A model generated the notes under the pieces. The model had not been told where the DNA came from. It made no database searches and saw only the letters and a list, made by a program, of their open reading frames with translations. A DNA stretch of 63,182 nt, the filler included, from Neoconidiobolus thromboides FSU 785 (taxonomy: Eukaryota; Fungi; Entomophthoromycota), in NCBI GenBank assembly GCA_025603075.1. It is 7 parts of 7 records of this genome, joined end to end, with 100 filler letters (N's around TTAATTAATTAA, not from the genome) between each part and the next. Parts side by side here need not be neighbours in the genome. Positions count along the whole stretch, not along the records: positions 1 to 23,393 come from MU626529.1; 6 more parts are not named here. The stretch is one strand, 5' to 3'. Made by a program: the position numbers and the translations under genes. Below are positions 1-13,317 of this stretch, piece by piece; the first letter of the stretch is position 1, and each line of letters opens with the position of its first letter.

Positions 1-290
1 TCCTCCCTATTGTATTGAAATTTTCAAAAATTCGATTTCGAAGTTTAGTTATGAAAGTTTGCATTTTATTTTTATTTCAACAAAAAATAAAGTCAAATAA
101 CTGTATTTATATAATCATATAATTATGTATTTATATATTAAATATCAATTAAATATCTAACAGAAACAACACGAAATATATAATTAGAAAAATTAGCTAT
201 TTAAGAAAAGGAAATAACTAAAATAAGTTTTAAATTTAGAATTTGGATTAACTTCTAAGTAAACTCTAAAACCAATCCGGACAACCCCAT

Positions 291-914
291 ATGCTATTTT
301 CAATGGTTGTTTATTTACCCTTATATTATCGAATTGTATATGGAAATCAGATATTGGTTCGGGTTTGGAGCTATCAGTTATTATATTAGATGCAGTTTCT
401 ATGTCTATTGGTACTGATGCTGCTATTGCTAAAACAGGTATTTATCGTCCTTTTTCTATATATGGTGCTGTAATAGGTATTATCGGTACTGCTCTTATGG
501 GATCTTTAATGCAAGTTGGTATCTCAAAATCTGAATTGATTATTCTTTCTTCTTTAATTGTATCAAGTATTGGTCTTTGTATTCAAGTTAATACAATTGC
601 ATTAAAAGCTGCTGTAGATATGAAAGATACAGTTATTGTAACTTCAATGACTAGTTTTTCACAATTATCAGGTGATATAATAGGAGTCATAGTATTAGAA
701 AACATATCAAAATGTATTAACCTCTTCATTAACTAAAAATACGCCAATTATCAACACTAAGGTATTACTTTATTATTCAACTTATATCCAAAGTTTAGCT
801 CCAGAGGTTAAAGGTTCAGTAGTTGAATCTTATGTTAAAGATCCCCATGCTATGTTTTTGACTGAGATTGCTTTCTTTTTAGTTTCATTTATAGCTGCCT
901 TTTATCTAAAATAA
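291..914 (+). pseudogene. Frameshifted C-terminal fragment of a DHA2-type MFS transporter (paralog of 17078-18706)
   Basis: Three frames give MLFSMVVYLPLYYRIV, ...KTGIYRPFSIYGAVIGIIGTALMGSLM... and STYIQSLAPEVKGSVVESYV...FIAAFYLK*, collinear with the last third of the intact MFS. There are two frameshifts and no N-terminal part upstream. Confidence 0.85.
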
Positions 915-1456
915 CTGTTGCTACTCTAATAACTACATTGAATATAAACCTTAATCATTGGAAACTTATATAAATTATATTTATACTATTGAGTTCTGGT
1001 CCATCTGAATTATTGAAGTTCGCGTAAGGTATTCAAAATTACGCTCATATATCAATTTGAAACTTAAAAGGTAAGATGCTATTAAAGTAAACTTAACTAA
1101 CCAAACAGGGTATATTCCTATCTTATAGTACTATGGATATATCTCAAGAAATGAGTTTAAATTTAAAATTTATTTGATTTCAAAATCAAAGTTAGTAGTT
1201 AAAGGAAACTTTGAGTCAATTATAAAATCAAACTTGATAAGCTTGTTTATATAGTTGATTCAATACCTTAAGATAAATTTATTCTCCATACTATCGGAAA
1301 TCTCCCAAAAACAGTAAAGAATGATATACTATTCTGCTGCGCAAATTGACTTCAAACTCTTGGCAATTAAATTTATTATAAAGACAGACAAAATTAATAA
1401 TATTTCTTTTTAATTAAAATCATCTTAAAACAATTTTCAATAAAGATATTACAACT

Positions 1457-2394
1457 ATGGGTTTAGAAGAAGTAGTTTGTTCCAACGAATATTCCGGCTT
1501 ACCAACTTATGAACAAGTAATTGAAGAAAGCCTTGAATTTACCGAAAGTAACGGTAAGCAGATATGAATAAATAATCAGAGCAAGCAATTAATAACATAA
1601 TAACTTAGAGTCTCATTCACTACCAACTAATTTAGAGATTGAAATCTCACAGAGTGGGGTATTATCTCATGATGAACGATTAAATCAAGATCCTATCTTA
1701 TTAAAAAACTTTATCTATACACATAATGTTAAACCTGAAATGAAAATTCATATTGAAGGTAATTATCATAACTTTAATTTTCTACAGATAGTAATTTTTA
1801 AATATTAATCTAGGAAAACGTAAAGAAAGTTATGAAGCCACTGAAGTTTATTATGAAAATAATGAAAAAAAAGAACGACAAGTAAAGATGACTAGACATA
1901 TAATTGATTTTAGTAAAGTATTTGATTTAACGAATTATATATCACAAAGGGGTGAAATTTATAGTACAAATAGAGCTGAGGACTCGGAATTCAAATTAGA
2001 ACAAGAAATTAATAATTATATTCAATCAGAAGCTACATTAAAAGAATTCAAACTCATAAAAGAAGTGATATGGGATTATGATTTATTAGCTAAAAAAATC
2101 AAAAAAGTATTAAGAATGGAAGGTTATCGACATAAAATTTGTATTTATTATACATTTAACAGAAAAGAAATCATTATAAGAAAAAAAAATTGGATCAACA
2201 CATTTATTAATAACCCTTTATTTGTGGCACTTAATGTGGTATCTCTCGCTTTCATTGTTACTTGGCCTTTATCGACTATCTTTAAAGAAACTTATTGCGA
2301 TAGTTTAAAATCCAAATTTACTATGAATATATCAACAAACACTTGGTTTCAAAAAAATCTTTTTGATATTAAAGAGATTATTTATGAGATTTAA
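1457..2394 (+). CDS. Uncharacterised fungal membrane protein with LPTY (PY-like) motif, paralog A; exons 1457-1553, 1609-1758, 1814-2394
   Basis: GT-AG introns join an open frame: MGLEEVVCSNEYSGLPTYEQ...SHDERLNQDPILLKNFIYTHNVKPEMKIHIEG|KRKESY...VTWPLS. Collinear with paralogs B and C. Confidence 0.75.
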
Positions 2395-2811
2395 AGAGTT
2401 ATAATAATATAATAATTATTATTATTGATCAATTATTAATCAACTATTATCCTTCATTTATTTCCATTTTTTCTTTATATAATTGAAGTTATCTTGATGC
2501 TTTCTTTTTATAATAAAACATTAGGTATTCTATTATGTTATTTTAATTAATAGATAATTACTCTTATAAATTATATGACTATATATACAAAGTATTTATA
2601 CTTTAAAAACAAAAGATTTTTTATTGTATTTGGTAGTGCCTCATTATTCTAAATTAATTAGCTCTTAATGAGTTTATCGGTTAATATAAATAATCAAATT
2701 ATCAGCTTTCTGTTACTGCGTAATTCATCCAAACTTTGGAAAATAGAAGTTGATGTATTTAAACTATAAAAGTGTGTTAAAAATCTATTAAAAATTTTTA
2801 CATTTTTAAAA

Positions 2812-3776
2812 ATGATTTCCAATGAAAACATTTCAAAGATAAACGAAGGAGAGATAGCTTGTTGTAGTAAACATACAGATTTACCAACTTATGGAGAAGT
2901 AATTGGGTGTACGCCTAAAGTCTTAGCAGATAATAATAAAAAAGGTATTAAGGGATCAACTGAATCAAACGAGGATGTTATACCTGATTTAGAACTTCTA
3001 GCATTACCAAGTGACTTAGAAGTTGAATTTTCTAATACTGGAGTAATCTCACAAGATAAAAGGTTAAATGAAGATAGTTCATTATTGAAAAGCTTTATTT
3101 ATACATACAATGTAAGACCTGAATTGAGAATATATGTCCAAGGTAACTATATTCGATTAATGGCTTACAGATGCTAATTTTATATTTTATCCTAGGGACC
3201 CATAAAGAAACATATTATACCACTGAGACTTACTATGAAAATAAAGTAAGAAGAGAACGTTATGTAGAGAAAACGCGTGATATAATAGATTTTGCAAAAG
3301 AATTTGATTTAACATCATTTATATCACCAAAGGGCAAGATACACAATCCAGATAAATATATAAACTTGGAACAAGAATTAGAAGAAGAGATTGAAAATTA
3401 TATTAATTCAGAAGCAAAGTTAAAGGAACTTAAAATAATAAAGAAAGTAAATTGGGATTATGATAAGTTGAATCAAAAAATTAAAAAATTGATAAAAATG
3501 AGTGGCTATCCCCACACTGTTACTATTGATTACAGATTAAATAGAAAGCAAATTAGAGTTAGAAGTAACAATTTGGTTAATACTTGTATCAATAATCCGT
3601 TTTATATAGCTTTCAATATTGTATCTTGTTTATTTATTGTTACTTGGCCTTTGTCAATGATCTATAAAAAAGAATATGGTAATCAATTGGTATCCACTTT
3701 TGAAATGGATATCTCAGTAAACACCTGGCTTACAGAGAATCTTGAGTATATTAAGGATATTATTTATGAAGTTTGA
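2812..3776 (+). CDS. Uncharacterised PY-motif membrane protein, paralog B; exons 2812-3142, 3196-3776
   Basis: Two ORFs are joined by a 53-nt GT-AG intron at the same (V/I)xG| position as in A and C. C-terminal hydrophobic segment FYIAFNIVSCLFIVTWPLSMIY. Confidence 0.85.
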
Positions 3777-3897
3777 TAGTTGTCGATGTTTTGATTCAAT
3801 TGACGGATAAGCTGTAGATATTTTTCTTATAATTAAATTATTTCATATTATTTTTTAATAAAAATTATCAACTATATTACTAAATTTTAATAAAAAT

Positions 3898-3991
3898 GGG
3901 AATATATTTTTGCTTTTAAGAATTTTACTAACAATTTTTCCACTTAAATAGTGCTGAAAAAAGAAAAAAATAAAGCCAAAAAAACATCCTC
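3898..3991 (+). mobile_element. ~97-bp GGGGATG MITE
   Basis: Family match; AAAT/AAAT flanks. Confidence 0.8.
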
Positions 3992-4206
3992 AAATATTTT
4001 TTAAAATACTGATTTTTATTCAAGAGTGATAATTTTTTTGACTTAGTTACTGGTTACAATAGCGATTATTTTTAAAAATCTCACTAAATAGGCATATATT
4101 TACTGAATTTTAATTAAACAATAAAAAACTAAACTTAAAAACCAAACATATAAAAATACTACCCAAACCTTTAATTTTAAAGTGGTAATCTTAACTGAGG
4201 ATAGAT

Positions 4207-4301
4207 GGGGATGTTTTTGTGTTTAAGAATTTTACTAATAAATTTTCCGCTCAAATAGTGCTTAAAGATGGAAAAAGTAATGAAGCCAAAAAAACACTCT
4301 C
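4207..4301 (+). mobile_element. GGGGATG MITE
   Basis: Family match; AGAT/AAAT flanks. Confidence 0.8.
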
Positions 4302-4515
4302 AAATATTAAATCTCATTATTAATGTTTATTACTATAAACCAATTTGCTTAAAAGCAATACTTATATAATTACAAATAATTCAGGTTAATGTGTACTGCT
4401 TAATTGTTGGTTTCATAAAATAATTTTAAATACAGAGCTCACTGAAGACTAAGGGGATTGACTAAGAAATCAGCTATACAAGTAGCTGAATAAAAGTTCA
4501 TGTTTAATAAAAAAA

Positions 4516-4587
4516 AGGTCCCACCGAGAATCGAACTCGGATTACAAGGATCAAAACCTTGGGTGCTAACCATTACACCATGGAACC
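4516..4587 (-). tRNA. tRNA-Gln (anticodon TTG)
   Basis: Reverse complement GGTTCCATGGTGTAATGGTTAGCAC-CCAAGG-TTTTGAT-CCTTG...GTTCGATTC...TGGGACCT folds as a cloverleaf and is followed by an oligo-T terminator. Confidence 0.97.
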
Positions 4588-4764
4588 AACAACTAATGTT
4601 TACTGAGGTTTGAATATATATAAACAGCTTCAAATTTAAATAAATAGAAGTTAAATAGTTATTTAAAATAATTTATTAGAATATATTCAATTATCCTTTA
4701 GGAACTTTGCTTTGTTAAACCATATTATAAGACATGATTACCATAAAAGACCAAAATGTGAGCT

Positions 4765-5722
4765 TTACCAAACATTAGAAACTTTGTCACAAATTGCTTG
4801 TACATTTTGATCAAACCAAGCATTGGTTGAAATATTCATTGTAAAAGTGGATCTTAGAGAAGCAGCGTAATTCTTTTTCAAAAAATAAGCCATAGGCCAA
4901 GTAAAGACACAAAGACAAGAAATAACTTGAATAACTTTACAGTATGGATCATGGATACAGGTATTTGCCCAATTATTTTCTTGTATCTTAATACGTTGAT
5001 TAGCCATTGGATATTCAACTGTTATATAATTACGGTACCCTAATCGACGTATCGTATTAGTTATAGCTTGTGTCAACGCTTCATAATCCCATGATACTTC
5101 TTTAACAACTTTGAGTTCTTTTAAGTATTTCTCAGATGCTATGTATTGTGAAATAGCCTGATTCACTTCTTCTTCTGCTTGTCCTTCCAATTTCGGATTG
5201 TGAACCATCCCTATTTCAGAAATGTATTGACTTACATCAAATGATAACTCAAAGTCAATTTCTTTAACTTCTCTTAATTCTGTTCTTGATTTAGTTTCAC
5301 CATCTTCTTGATAATAAACAATTTCACTATAACTTTCCATTCTATAACCTATAAAAATAAGTATTATATATATATAATTTGATATATTTACCTTCAATAT
5401 TTATAGACATTTTTGGCTTGGAATTATTGGAATAGATAAAATTTTTCAACAACTGCTCATCTTTATTTAATACTGGATCTCTTGACATTATTCCTCTTTT
5501 TGACACCTCAAACTCAATATCCTTTGGCACTGGCGTATAACTTGGTGGATAATTTGGACCTAAATTTCCCAATTTTTCCGTAGCATGAGAAAGTGAGTTT
5601 TCAATCTTTAAAGGTGTTTGTATTCCTTGCTTTATTGCTTCTTCATAAGTTGGTAAACCCGTATTATCCTTACTACCTTGCTCCTCATTGCCATTGTATG
5701 GCCCAAACTTATAAGCTACCAT
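4765..5722 (-). CDS. Uncharacterised PY-motif membrane protein, paralog C; exons 5722-5392, 5348-4765
   Basis: LPTYEE and PPSY motifs, SRDPVLNKDEQLLKNFIYSNNSKP. A 43-nt intron lies at the conserved IEG| position. Confidence 0.85.
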
Positions 5723-5985
5723 TTTTTAATTTTATCAAAACAACTTAGTGCTCAAACTTATGCTTATTAAATTTTATAACACAGCATTTACGAAAAATCT
5801 GAGCAACCAATTATTTTCATTACACTTCATTTTTGTTCTTTTTACATTAGTGATAGAATATCAAATGACTAATGAAAATAAGGAAAGAAGGCTTGAGCGT
5901 GATTGGATGAAATTGAGGGATATAATTACCTTTTGCTAAAATATAAGGACATCATCAGAAATTTGTTTGACTTTTAGTTTAAAAT

Positions 5986-7139
5986 ATGGAAGAAAATAAA
6001 GTTCTTGAACGTGTAGAAGAAAAAAAAGTAGAGACTAAGGTGATCAACCCTGAAATAAGCACAAAGGTCGAAGCTGAAATAAAGGATTCGAGCATTGATG
6101 ATGATATTCGAGAAGAATTAATTGATTCAGCAGTAAACTTTCTAACAGATAAGAATGTAAAAAAGAGCAGTTTGAATAAAAAAGTAGCATTTTTAGAGTC
6201 CAAAGGTTTAACTAATATTGAGATTCAAGAAGCTTTGGCTAGGGCCAATGCCTCTAACAAACCAACTAAGCCTCAAAATCAATCTCAAGGTCAGTCTCAA
6301 GATGTTAAACCTACTCACCATCTTGCCCCACCACTTCCTTCCTATTCTTCAATGCCGCCAGCTTTGCCTCCAAAATCAATGTCCTGGTTGGAATATTTCA
6401 AGGCCTCCGCAGTTACTGGGGCAGTAGCTTATTCTATTTATGGATTAACTAAGGTAATAGTTAAATTTTAAGAATAGAAATTAATTAATAACAATTGAAG
6501 ACATTTATAGCACCATTATTTATTGATAGTGATGATGAATTATATGAAAGAGAAAAGAAAGAGTTGGATTCACAATATGAAGAAGCGTTTAAGGCTATAA
6601 GTGAGCTAAAGCAAGATACTGAAGGGAATTTGAAGAGTATTCAAGAGCAGAATGTTAAAGTGGAGGAAAGCTTAAAGGAATTAAATACCACATTAAAAAA
6701 CTTAAAGGATCAAGACCAAAGCAGATATCTAGATATGGAAAAACTATGGGAAGAAATAGAAAATGTAAAAAAAAAGATACCAGAAACATTTGATCTTTCG
6801 CATCAAAGTCAAAAAGCAATGATTGAAGATTTGAAGCTTGAACTGACGAATTTGAAAAATAGTTTGAACAAGTTTTTAAATAAGGACAGCACGCCAGATA
6901 ATGAAAACATCCACAGGAGTAATAGCTTTAATACTATTCATTCGAATAGCTTAGAGCCAGAAAAGTCAGAAAAACCAATCAAAAAATCCATCCCTGCTTG
7001 GCAATTATCCATGTTTAATGCTAATAAATCAGATAAAATTAATGGTACTGAGAATGAAGATAAGGAGCAAACTGATAGTAATAATTCCCTTGGCCAAAGC
7101 CCTGAAACCATTGAAATTGAGGAACCCAATAGTTCTTAA
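5986..7139 (+). CDS. PEX14: Peroxisomal docking protein Pex14; intron 6454-6500
   Basis: Pex14 N-terminal motif REELIDSAVNFLTDKNVKKSSLNKKVAFLESKGLTNIEIQEAL, then a Pro-rich linker, a hydrophobic segment and a coiled coil. Confidence 0.92.
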
Positions 7140-10100
7140 TTCTTATTAAAAATTATTTTAAGTAATCTGATATTGCTTCATTATCTTTTAATAATACATA
7201 AACCATCTAAAGATATTAGTCGTTAGTAATTTTAAGAGGCATTTAAATAAGATTTTAAGTTTCGTTTTAATGTGTAAGCTAAAGACGTTTTTCTAAACTG
7301 AAAAAGTTCCTTTTAAATGTCCACAATGTATCAAGTGGATTTGTATTCTAACTTTAATTAAAAAATTTTAGAAGTAAGGATATAAAATATTAGAAGGTAA
7401 ATGAATAATACTATAGCTTTCATAGTGTAAATATGTAAAATACTTTTAGATACTTTGACTTAAAGAGTGTATCTAGTAAACAACACTGTAACCAATCCTC
7501 ACTGACAGGAACTAGATAGTTCATGTGATGCTCTTAAAAAACTGTAATGCAATTAATATAGCTGATGTACTCTTGATTTAAAAATAATAAAGGCCATACT
7601 ATATTTCAAAAACCTACCAAGAATCAAGCTCGGGTTATAAGAATCAAAGTACTAGGCATTAACTATTACTCCATAGACCCGATTAATAACTGGACGTATC
7701 TTTTATTAACACATTGGTTTAGACTATGATTTGTGGGTTAATAGATTTTTACCCAAATATTGATACAAAAGGTTATATTATATATTAAAACAATTTATAA
7801 ATGCTCCTGATTATACTTTTAGCTATTATTGTATTTAAACAAAACGTTTACTTTTCACTAGATTTTTTTAAACGTTGATAGTACAACATTGGGAGATCAA
7901 ATATTAACTTTGTCGTAAAAAATTAGTCCTTTGTAGTATATATTTATTATTTAAAAGTGTGAAAAATAAGCATAAAATTTAAAGTAAAAAGGTTAGAGGA
8001 TATAGTAAGCAATTTAATTAGCTATAGTATAGCCGATTGTGAAAGCATATTTGAGAGGTTCCTAGACCTTTTATACATAACAGCTAGCTTTTTATAAAGT
8101 AGCAATCAAGCTTGAGTCCTCATCACTGTTGTTTAGTGAAGCAATAAACTCACCCCTTTTATAAAAATAATCAGTTAAATCATACCAATGCTTGAACGCC
8201 GAAGAGCATCCCTAATAAGTTTATATATACTATGGGTATACAATGTGATCATTTAAGAAAGTAATGAAGTTAAGTTTTAATACTAAAGCAGTAATGAGAT
8301 AAATGAAACTAGTTGCATACCAGGCTCATGATTTTCGAAATTACAAATTGATCGGCTCATAAATACCTCAATACTACCAACGATCATTACAATGTGGTGT
8401 GATAACCTAAATAAAATTATTATCTTTATATTTTCAAAATAATAAAATTAAACTACATCCTAAGCGCCTCCTTTTTAAAACTTTTTAAGTCTTTCAGAAC
8501 CATTTTCATCTTACTAAATTTGATGTAGTTGATTTTCGTTTTTAATTAATAAGCGATATGTATTAAAACCAATACACGAGCAAACAAATAATATATTAAG
8601 TATATGATTCCACCAAACTGTTCCCTTCGAAGTTAAATACGTCAGAAAAAACTTCATTTCCACTAATAAGGCAGCATCCAGTAGCTTCAATTAGCCAAGC
8701 AAACTAGTTTCTAGAATAAACGATAGTTATTGTCTATTCATACATAAACTAAAACAGTAATTTACCAAGTGAGGACAAATAGACCACCAAAATAATTAAG
8801 ATGGATCCAACTCAATACCCTATTTCTATTTTTTAAACAATATCAATCTTATAGATAAGCACTAATTTTATCTTAATGACAATGGCTAATATTAAGAAGA
8901 TTCTCAAACTAGACAAGAAAATAGCCATATATTATACCATGAGACAGCGGTTTTTGGTTCGAAAGGCATCTATAAAACTAGATAATGATTCCTAGAAGCT
9001 GAGGAGTTAAGTCAGAAAGCCAAATTATTCATAAATTTAAAATTAGTTACTCAACGAGACAATGACTAGCATTACCATGCCGGTTAAGATGGGAAATTTC
9101 AAACAGTTGCCCATAGATAGCAATTGAATATATAGAACAAGAAATAAAAATCATATCGATTCTGATAAAAATACCAAAAATGGACTTTTAGTTTGATCAT
9201 AATCAATAATTGTATCTATTCATAACCATGGTGGATATTCTTAACTTGCCAATTATTTAAACTTGAAAATTTGACTTTATGGATTCCAATATTTGAAGTT
9301 GAGTTCTTAGATATATTTGGTAAATTGGAAATGAGTTGGGTTCTTGATTACGTATTGATGAAATTTAGCTTATTAGAAAACTAAATTTTCTTTTTTATAA
9401 CATAAAAAATTGTGTTATTTTATATTAGCATTAAATTACTTTGATATTTTTATTTACATTTAAATATGTGGAGTATGAATTTCCATTGTGAATTTTATGG
9501 ATTTCTATAACAAGCACTATTATATTATAGTCCATGATAAATTAGACTTTATTAGCTCATTCTCAAGTTAATTTTAATTAGTTACTTTAAAAACTTAAAG
9601 ATTAATAGTTGACTTATTCTATGTTTCACTAAATCAAATTAAAAATCTGACAAGTTCGTCTCAAATTGGAAACTCATACCTATTACCACAATTCTATATG
9701 TGACCCCCACCTATTTATAACCAATGTGTCATAACTTGAGATAGCCTAAATTCTCGCATAATTATATATCCTTTCCCTCTTATTAATGGAAAGTTTATGT
9801 TACTTTAGACTTACCTGATATCTTTTATGGAAGAGCTTAGAGTTGAATGTGTCATAGTTACAACTTTTATCCTTGAACATCTTTTCTTAAATTAGACATA
9901 CGTCGGGAGCTACCACTCTGCACCTTTGAGTGAAACATGCTTCAATTGATAATTGAGGACTTTTAATACATAGTCAATAATAATTTTATTGGAATATATA
10001 ACAACTCTTTTTTATTAACTCATTAATTGACCTGTATCTGATTTTCTAATATCAAAAAAGATCTTGTTGGTATTAAAATAATTTCCACAGTAGATTCTAT

Positions 10101-10673
10101 CTTATTTTAAAAACTACTTTAAATTTCAAGAACTGGATTCACATTACTTGATTTTTTATTTGTGGCAATTTATTTCCAAATCCTGAAAAGTTGTATTGAT
10201 AAAAGAGTTGAGTTATTTAAGAGAATGTAATATTTCCATTTTTGGCGCTGTTCTTTTATTTTAAATTCGAGGTAGGATATATCTTATAAGAAATGGATGA
10301 GGCTACAGTGTTCTGGTGAAGGTTTAATTGTATAATATTAATGTTTATATCTTTATTTATAGTAATTCATCTTTCGAGTTTAAAGGAGCATGATGTTAGT
10401 TAATAAGATGATTTATCCCAGTTATGCTTATCCAATTTGAGTTAAATTATTTTTTCGAAATTTAAAGAATCAATTACAAATTTCATTGCTGCAGAAGCAG
10501 TCTGAATTATTACATTATTAACAATAAATTTTATACTGAAATAACAACCTACTTTAACTTTAGTAAATAATCAAAATACAAATATCAGTTTTATCACATC
10601 ATAAAAGGAGAACTACTATATTGACAACAATTTAAATAACTTGAAAATAAGTTACCTAATTTAGAAAACAAAT

Positions 10674-10769
10674 GGGGATATATTTTGTTTTTAAAAATTT
10701 TACTAACAATTTTTCTACTTAAATAGTGTTAAAAATGGAAAAAGTGATGAAGTCAAAAAAAACATCTCC
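10674..10769 (+). mobile_element. GGGGATG MITE
   Basis: AAAT/AAAT flanks; lies 27 nt beyond the stop of 10796-11188. Confidence 0.8.
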
Positions 10770-10795
10770 AAATGATATTCAAATTAATTTTTATT

Positions 10796-11188
10796 TTAAA
10801 GCCAAATACATACTAAATTCATCAACACCACCAAGGCAACTATATAGATATTATATATACTTCTTAATCCATAAGCTTCACTAGCCTTACTGCTAGTAGT
10901 CTTCATACTAACACTCTGTTTTGAAGTAGCGGTAGTGGAGATCTGAGCTGCTGTGGTAAGAGTAATAGGCGTTACACTTTTAGCAGAACCTGTTGCTACA
11001 GTATTAGTCGAATCTGTTTGAAGGGGCGATAAACTAGTTTTAGTAATTACGTCCAAGTCTCTTGTCGTTGGAGAAAGTAATGAGGTGTCTGAACTAATGG
11101 TTAGATCAGATTCTAAGGCTTTAGCATTAGTTGTTTGAAGAGCGATTAATAAAGCAATTAAGAGTATAGTAAAATAATTTTTGACCAT
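10796..11188 (-). CDS. Small secreted Ser/Thr-rich, probably GPI-anchored surface protein
   Basis: Signal peptide, S/T-rich core and hydrophobic C-terminal tail. Confidence 0.75.
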   Translation of the reverse strand: MVKNYFTILLIALLIALQTTNAKALESDLTISSDTSLLSPTTRDLDVITKTSLSPLQTDSTNTVATGSAKSVTPITLTTAAQISTTATSKQSVSMKTTSSKASEAYGLRSIYNIYIVALVVLMNLVCIWL

Positions 11189-11536
11189 TTTGTGTATTTT
11201 GTTGATTTCAGGATTGTTATCAATTTATAGTTTTTTTACATTTTCACCCTTACTTTTTAGTTCTTTTACCCCCTATTGCTTTTTAAATTCTAGGTTTAAG
11301 CTTCAGTTTAATTCTATGGTTTAACTTAAACTGCTTTAATTTTTGTTTCATTTCCTAAAACTTGTTATCCATAAAAAATTATTTGTGTATCAAGATGTAC
11401 ATTGCCCTATTTTTGAAGAAGACTTATATCCACCATCACTATTGATGAACCGAAGTCCTTACTATTGAAAATTGCATTTAAAAAAGTAAGCTGACCTTAT
11501 TAAAGGTGATTTATTTAAATAATAAATAAAATGTAA

Positions 11537-11608
11537 AGGTCCCACCGAGAATCGAACTCGGATTACAAGGATCAAAACCTTGGGTGCTAACCATTACACC
11601 ATGGAACC
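11537..11608 (-). tRNA. tRNA-Gln (TTG), identical to 4516-4587
   Basis: Same 72-nt sequence and cloverleaf. Confidence 0.97.
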
Positions 11609-11842
11609 ATCTGCTAAGTATGTTTTTTAAAATATTTAAATAAAAAATAATCAGATATTGTTAGTAAAGTAAAGCAGTTATCAAAAACAACAAAAACAAA
11701 CAAATAATTGTATAAAAATCAACTGAATTAGCTTTAATAAAGAATAAAACAAAATAATAATAATGGTAATTAGAGAAATTAACTAATACTAAAAGATGAA
11801 ACTGGATTTGAAGTTAAAATAACAAAATTAAGGAAATTAGAG

Positions 11843-13317
11843 TTATTTAGCTACTTTAAACGAAACATGTGAGGTAGCATTGGTGGCAATAGGAAAAGCA
11901 GGTAATGATTTCCTTCTAGGATGAATATTGTCAGTAATGTGATAAACCATGGGATTATTTTTTAATCCAATCGAGCTTGTTTGTTGACCAAACTGTAGAT
12001 TTTCAGGTATAGAAATCAAAGAAGCAGTAGAATTCAAGGGTTTAATACGATTGGGCAGAGTCGGCAATGGCTTTGGTTTACTAGTATTAATAATGAGGTT
12101 GCTATCGGTGATATTTGATGGATCATTTACTTCATACTTTAATAAGCTGCCTCTACGTTGCCTATTGGCAGCGTTGGCATATAATTCATCAGACTCAAGT
12201 AAACTTGCTCTTCGTTGAAAGTTAAGTTTGTTATCATTATTGTCAAGGGACAGTAAATCTAAGGATGACTTTGGTGGGGTATTTGATTTATGTAAGGGAA
12301 GATGCAGCATCTTTTTAGGAGTAGGTGGGGTAGGCTTATTACTCTTTTTGAGGTTGAATAAGGGTCCTTGTAATGGGGATGGCAAAATGGTACTGTCCTT
12401 ATTTAAATTGACAGACTGCGCCATTTTTTGCTTAACTTCTATTGCTTTTGTATCAATATCCGAATCACTATCCATTTCAAGGTCGCTTAAATAAATTTCA
12501 CTACTAAGACTAGATAATTTATTAGAGTTGATATTTGTAATATTCTTTAATTTTATTGTGTTGCTAGTTGGCTTTTTATTTAGGATATATCTGATACCAC
12601 ACTCATAACTCAATCTATATCTCTTTGAATCTAAGCATCCAACATTAATCAATTCAGTATGCAATTTATTGTCCAATAAGTCTACTAACTCATACCATTG
12701 CGTATAAGTCACATTCAAAGTAAAGTTTAAAAAATAAATTAATTCAAACTCCATTCGATTCACTTCATTCAACTTAAATATCCCCTGAGTTACTTCCGCC
12801 CATGTATGATTATGATAAGCATCATCATACAAATACTTGTTTCCTACTATTAAGGCTGCTAAAAACAAACGATGACCTGAACCATACCCCCCTTTACATG
12901 AAGGATGCTTTTGTTTTAACCTGATTAAATAAAGGATGGCCAATATTACATTAGCAAATGATAGTTGGCATCTATGTATGATCATCCACCCAAAATCACT
13001 TAAACTTGGTAACTCATTGTTTTCCAGATTACCCTCTGTCTTTCCACAACAAAATAAGTTATCTATAATCCTTTCAGCTAGATCTAATAAATGGTTTAAT
13101 ATTATAATTAAGGATATTAAGCAGGATAAAAAATACCTAAAAAATCTGCCAATAATTGCTGACGTATCTTCTTCTGCTCTTTTTTATCCCCTACTGGAAG
13201 TACTATTTTTTCAATCGGTGTTGTGGCTGAGCTTGAAGCATTTAGAAATTGATCAGAGTCTAAAATATTAAAACAAGATGGAAGTGATGTAGCTAAATTT
13301 TTTTGAATATGTAACAT
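11843..13317 (-). CDS. Pho85-type cyclin (PCL family); intron 13136-13078
   Basis: Cyclin box LPSLSDFGWMIIHR...ILAILYLIRLK...RLFLAALIVGNKYLYDDAYHNHTW...EVNRMEFELIYFLNF, followed by a low-complexity C-terminal tail. Confidence 0.88.

Noticed and set aside
4439-4633. 64-aa ORF
   Set aside because: It is a translation of the tRNA-Gln gene.
5979-7129. Antisense or alternate-frame ORFs over PEX14, and similar ones over the cyclin, MFS, RBM39, SPT3 and ATPase
   Set aside because: Shadow ORFs of real genes with no independent evidence.
7300-10600. Coding-like, slightly GC-richer patches (also 16.4-16.9, 21.7-22.3, 24.4-24.8 and 31.5-31.9 kb)
   Set aside because: They have many stops and no motif I could assign; probably decayed genes or elements but not supportable.
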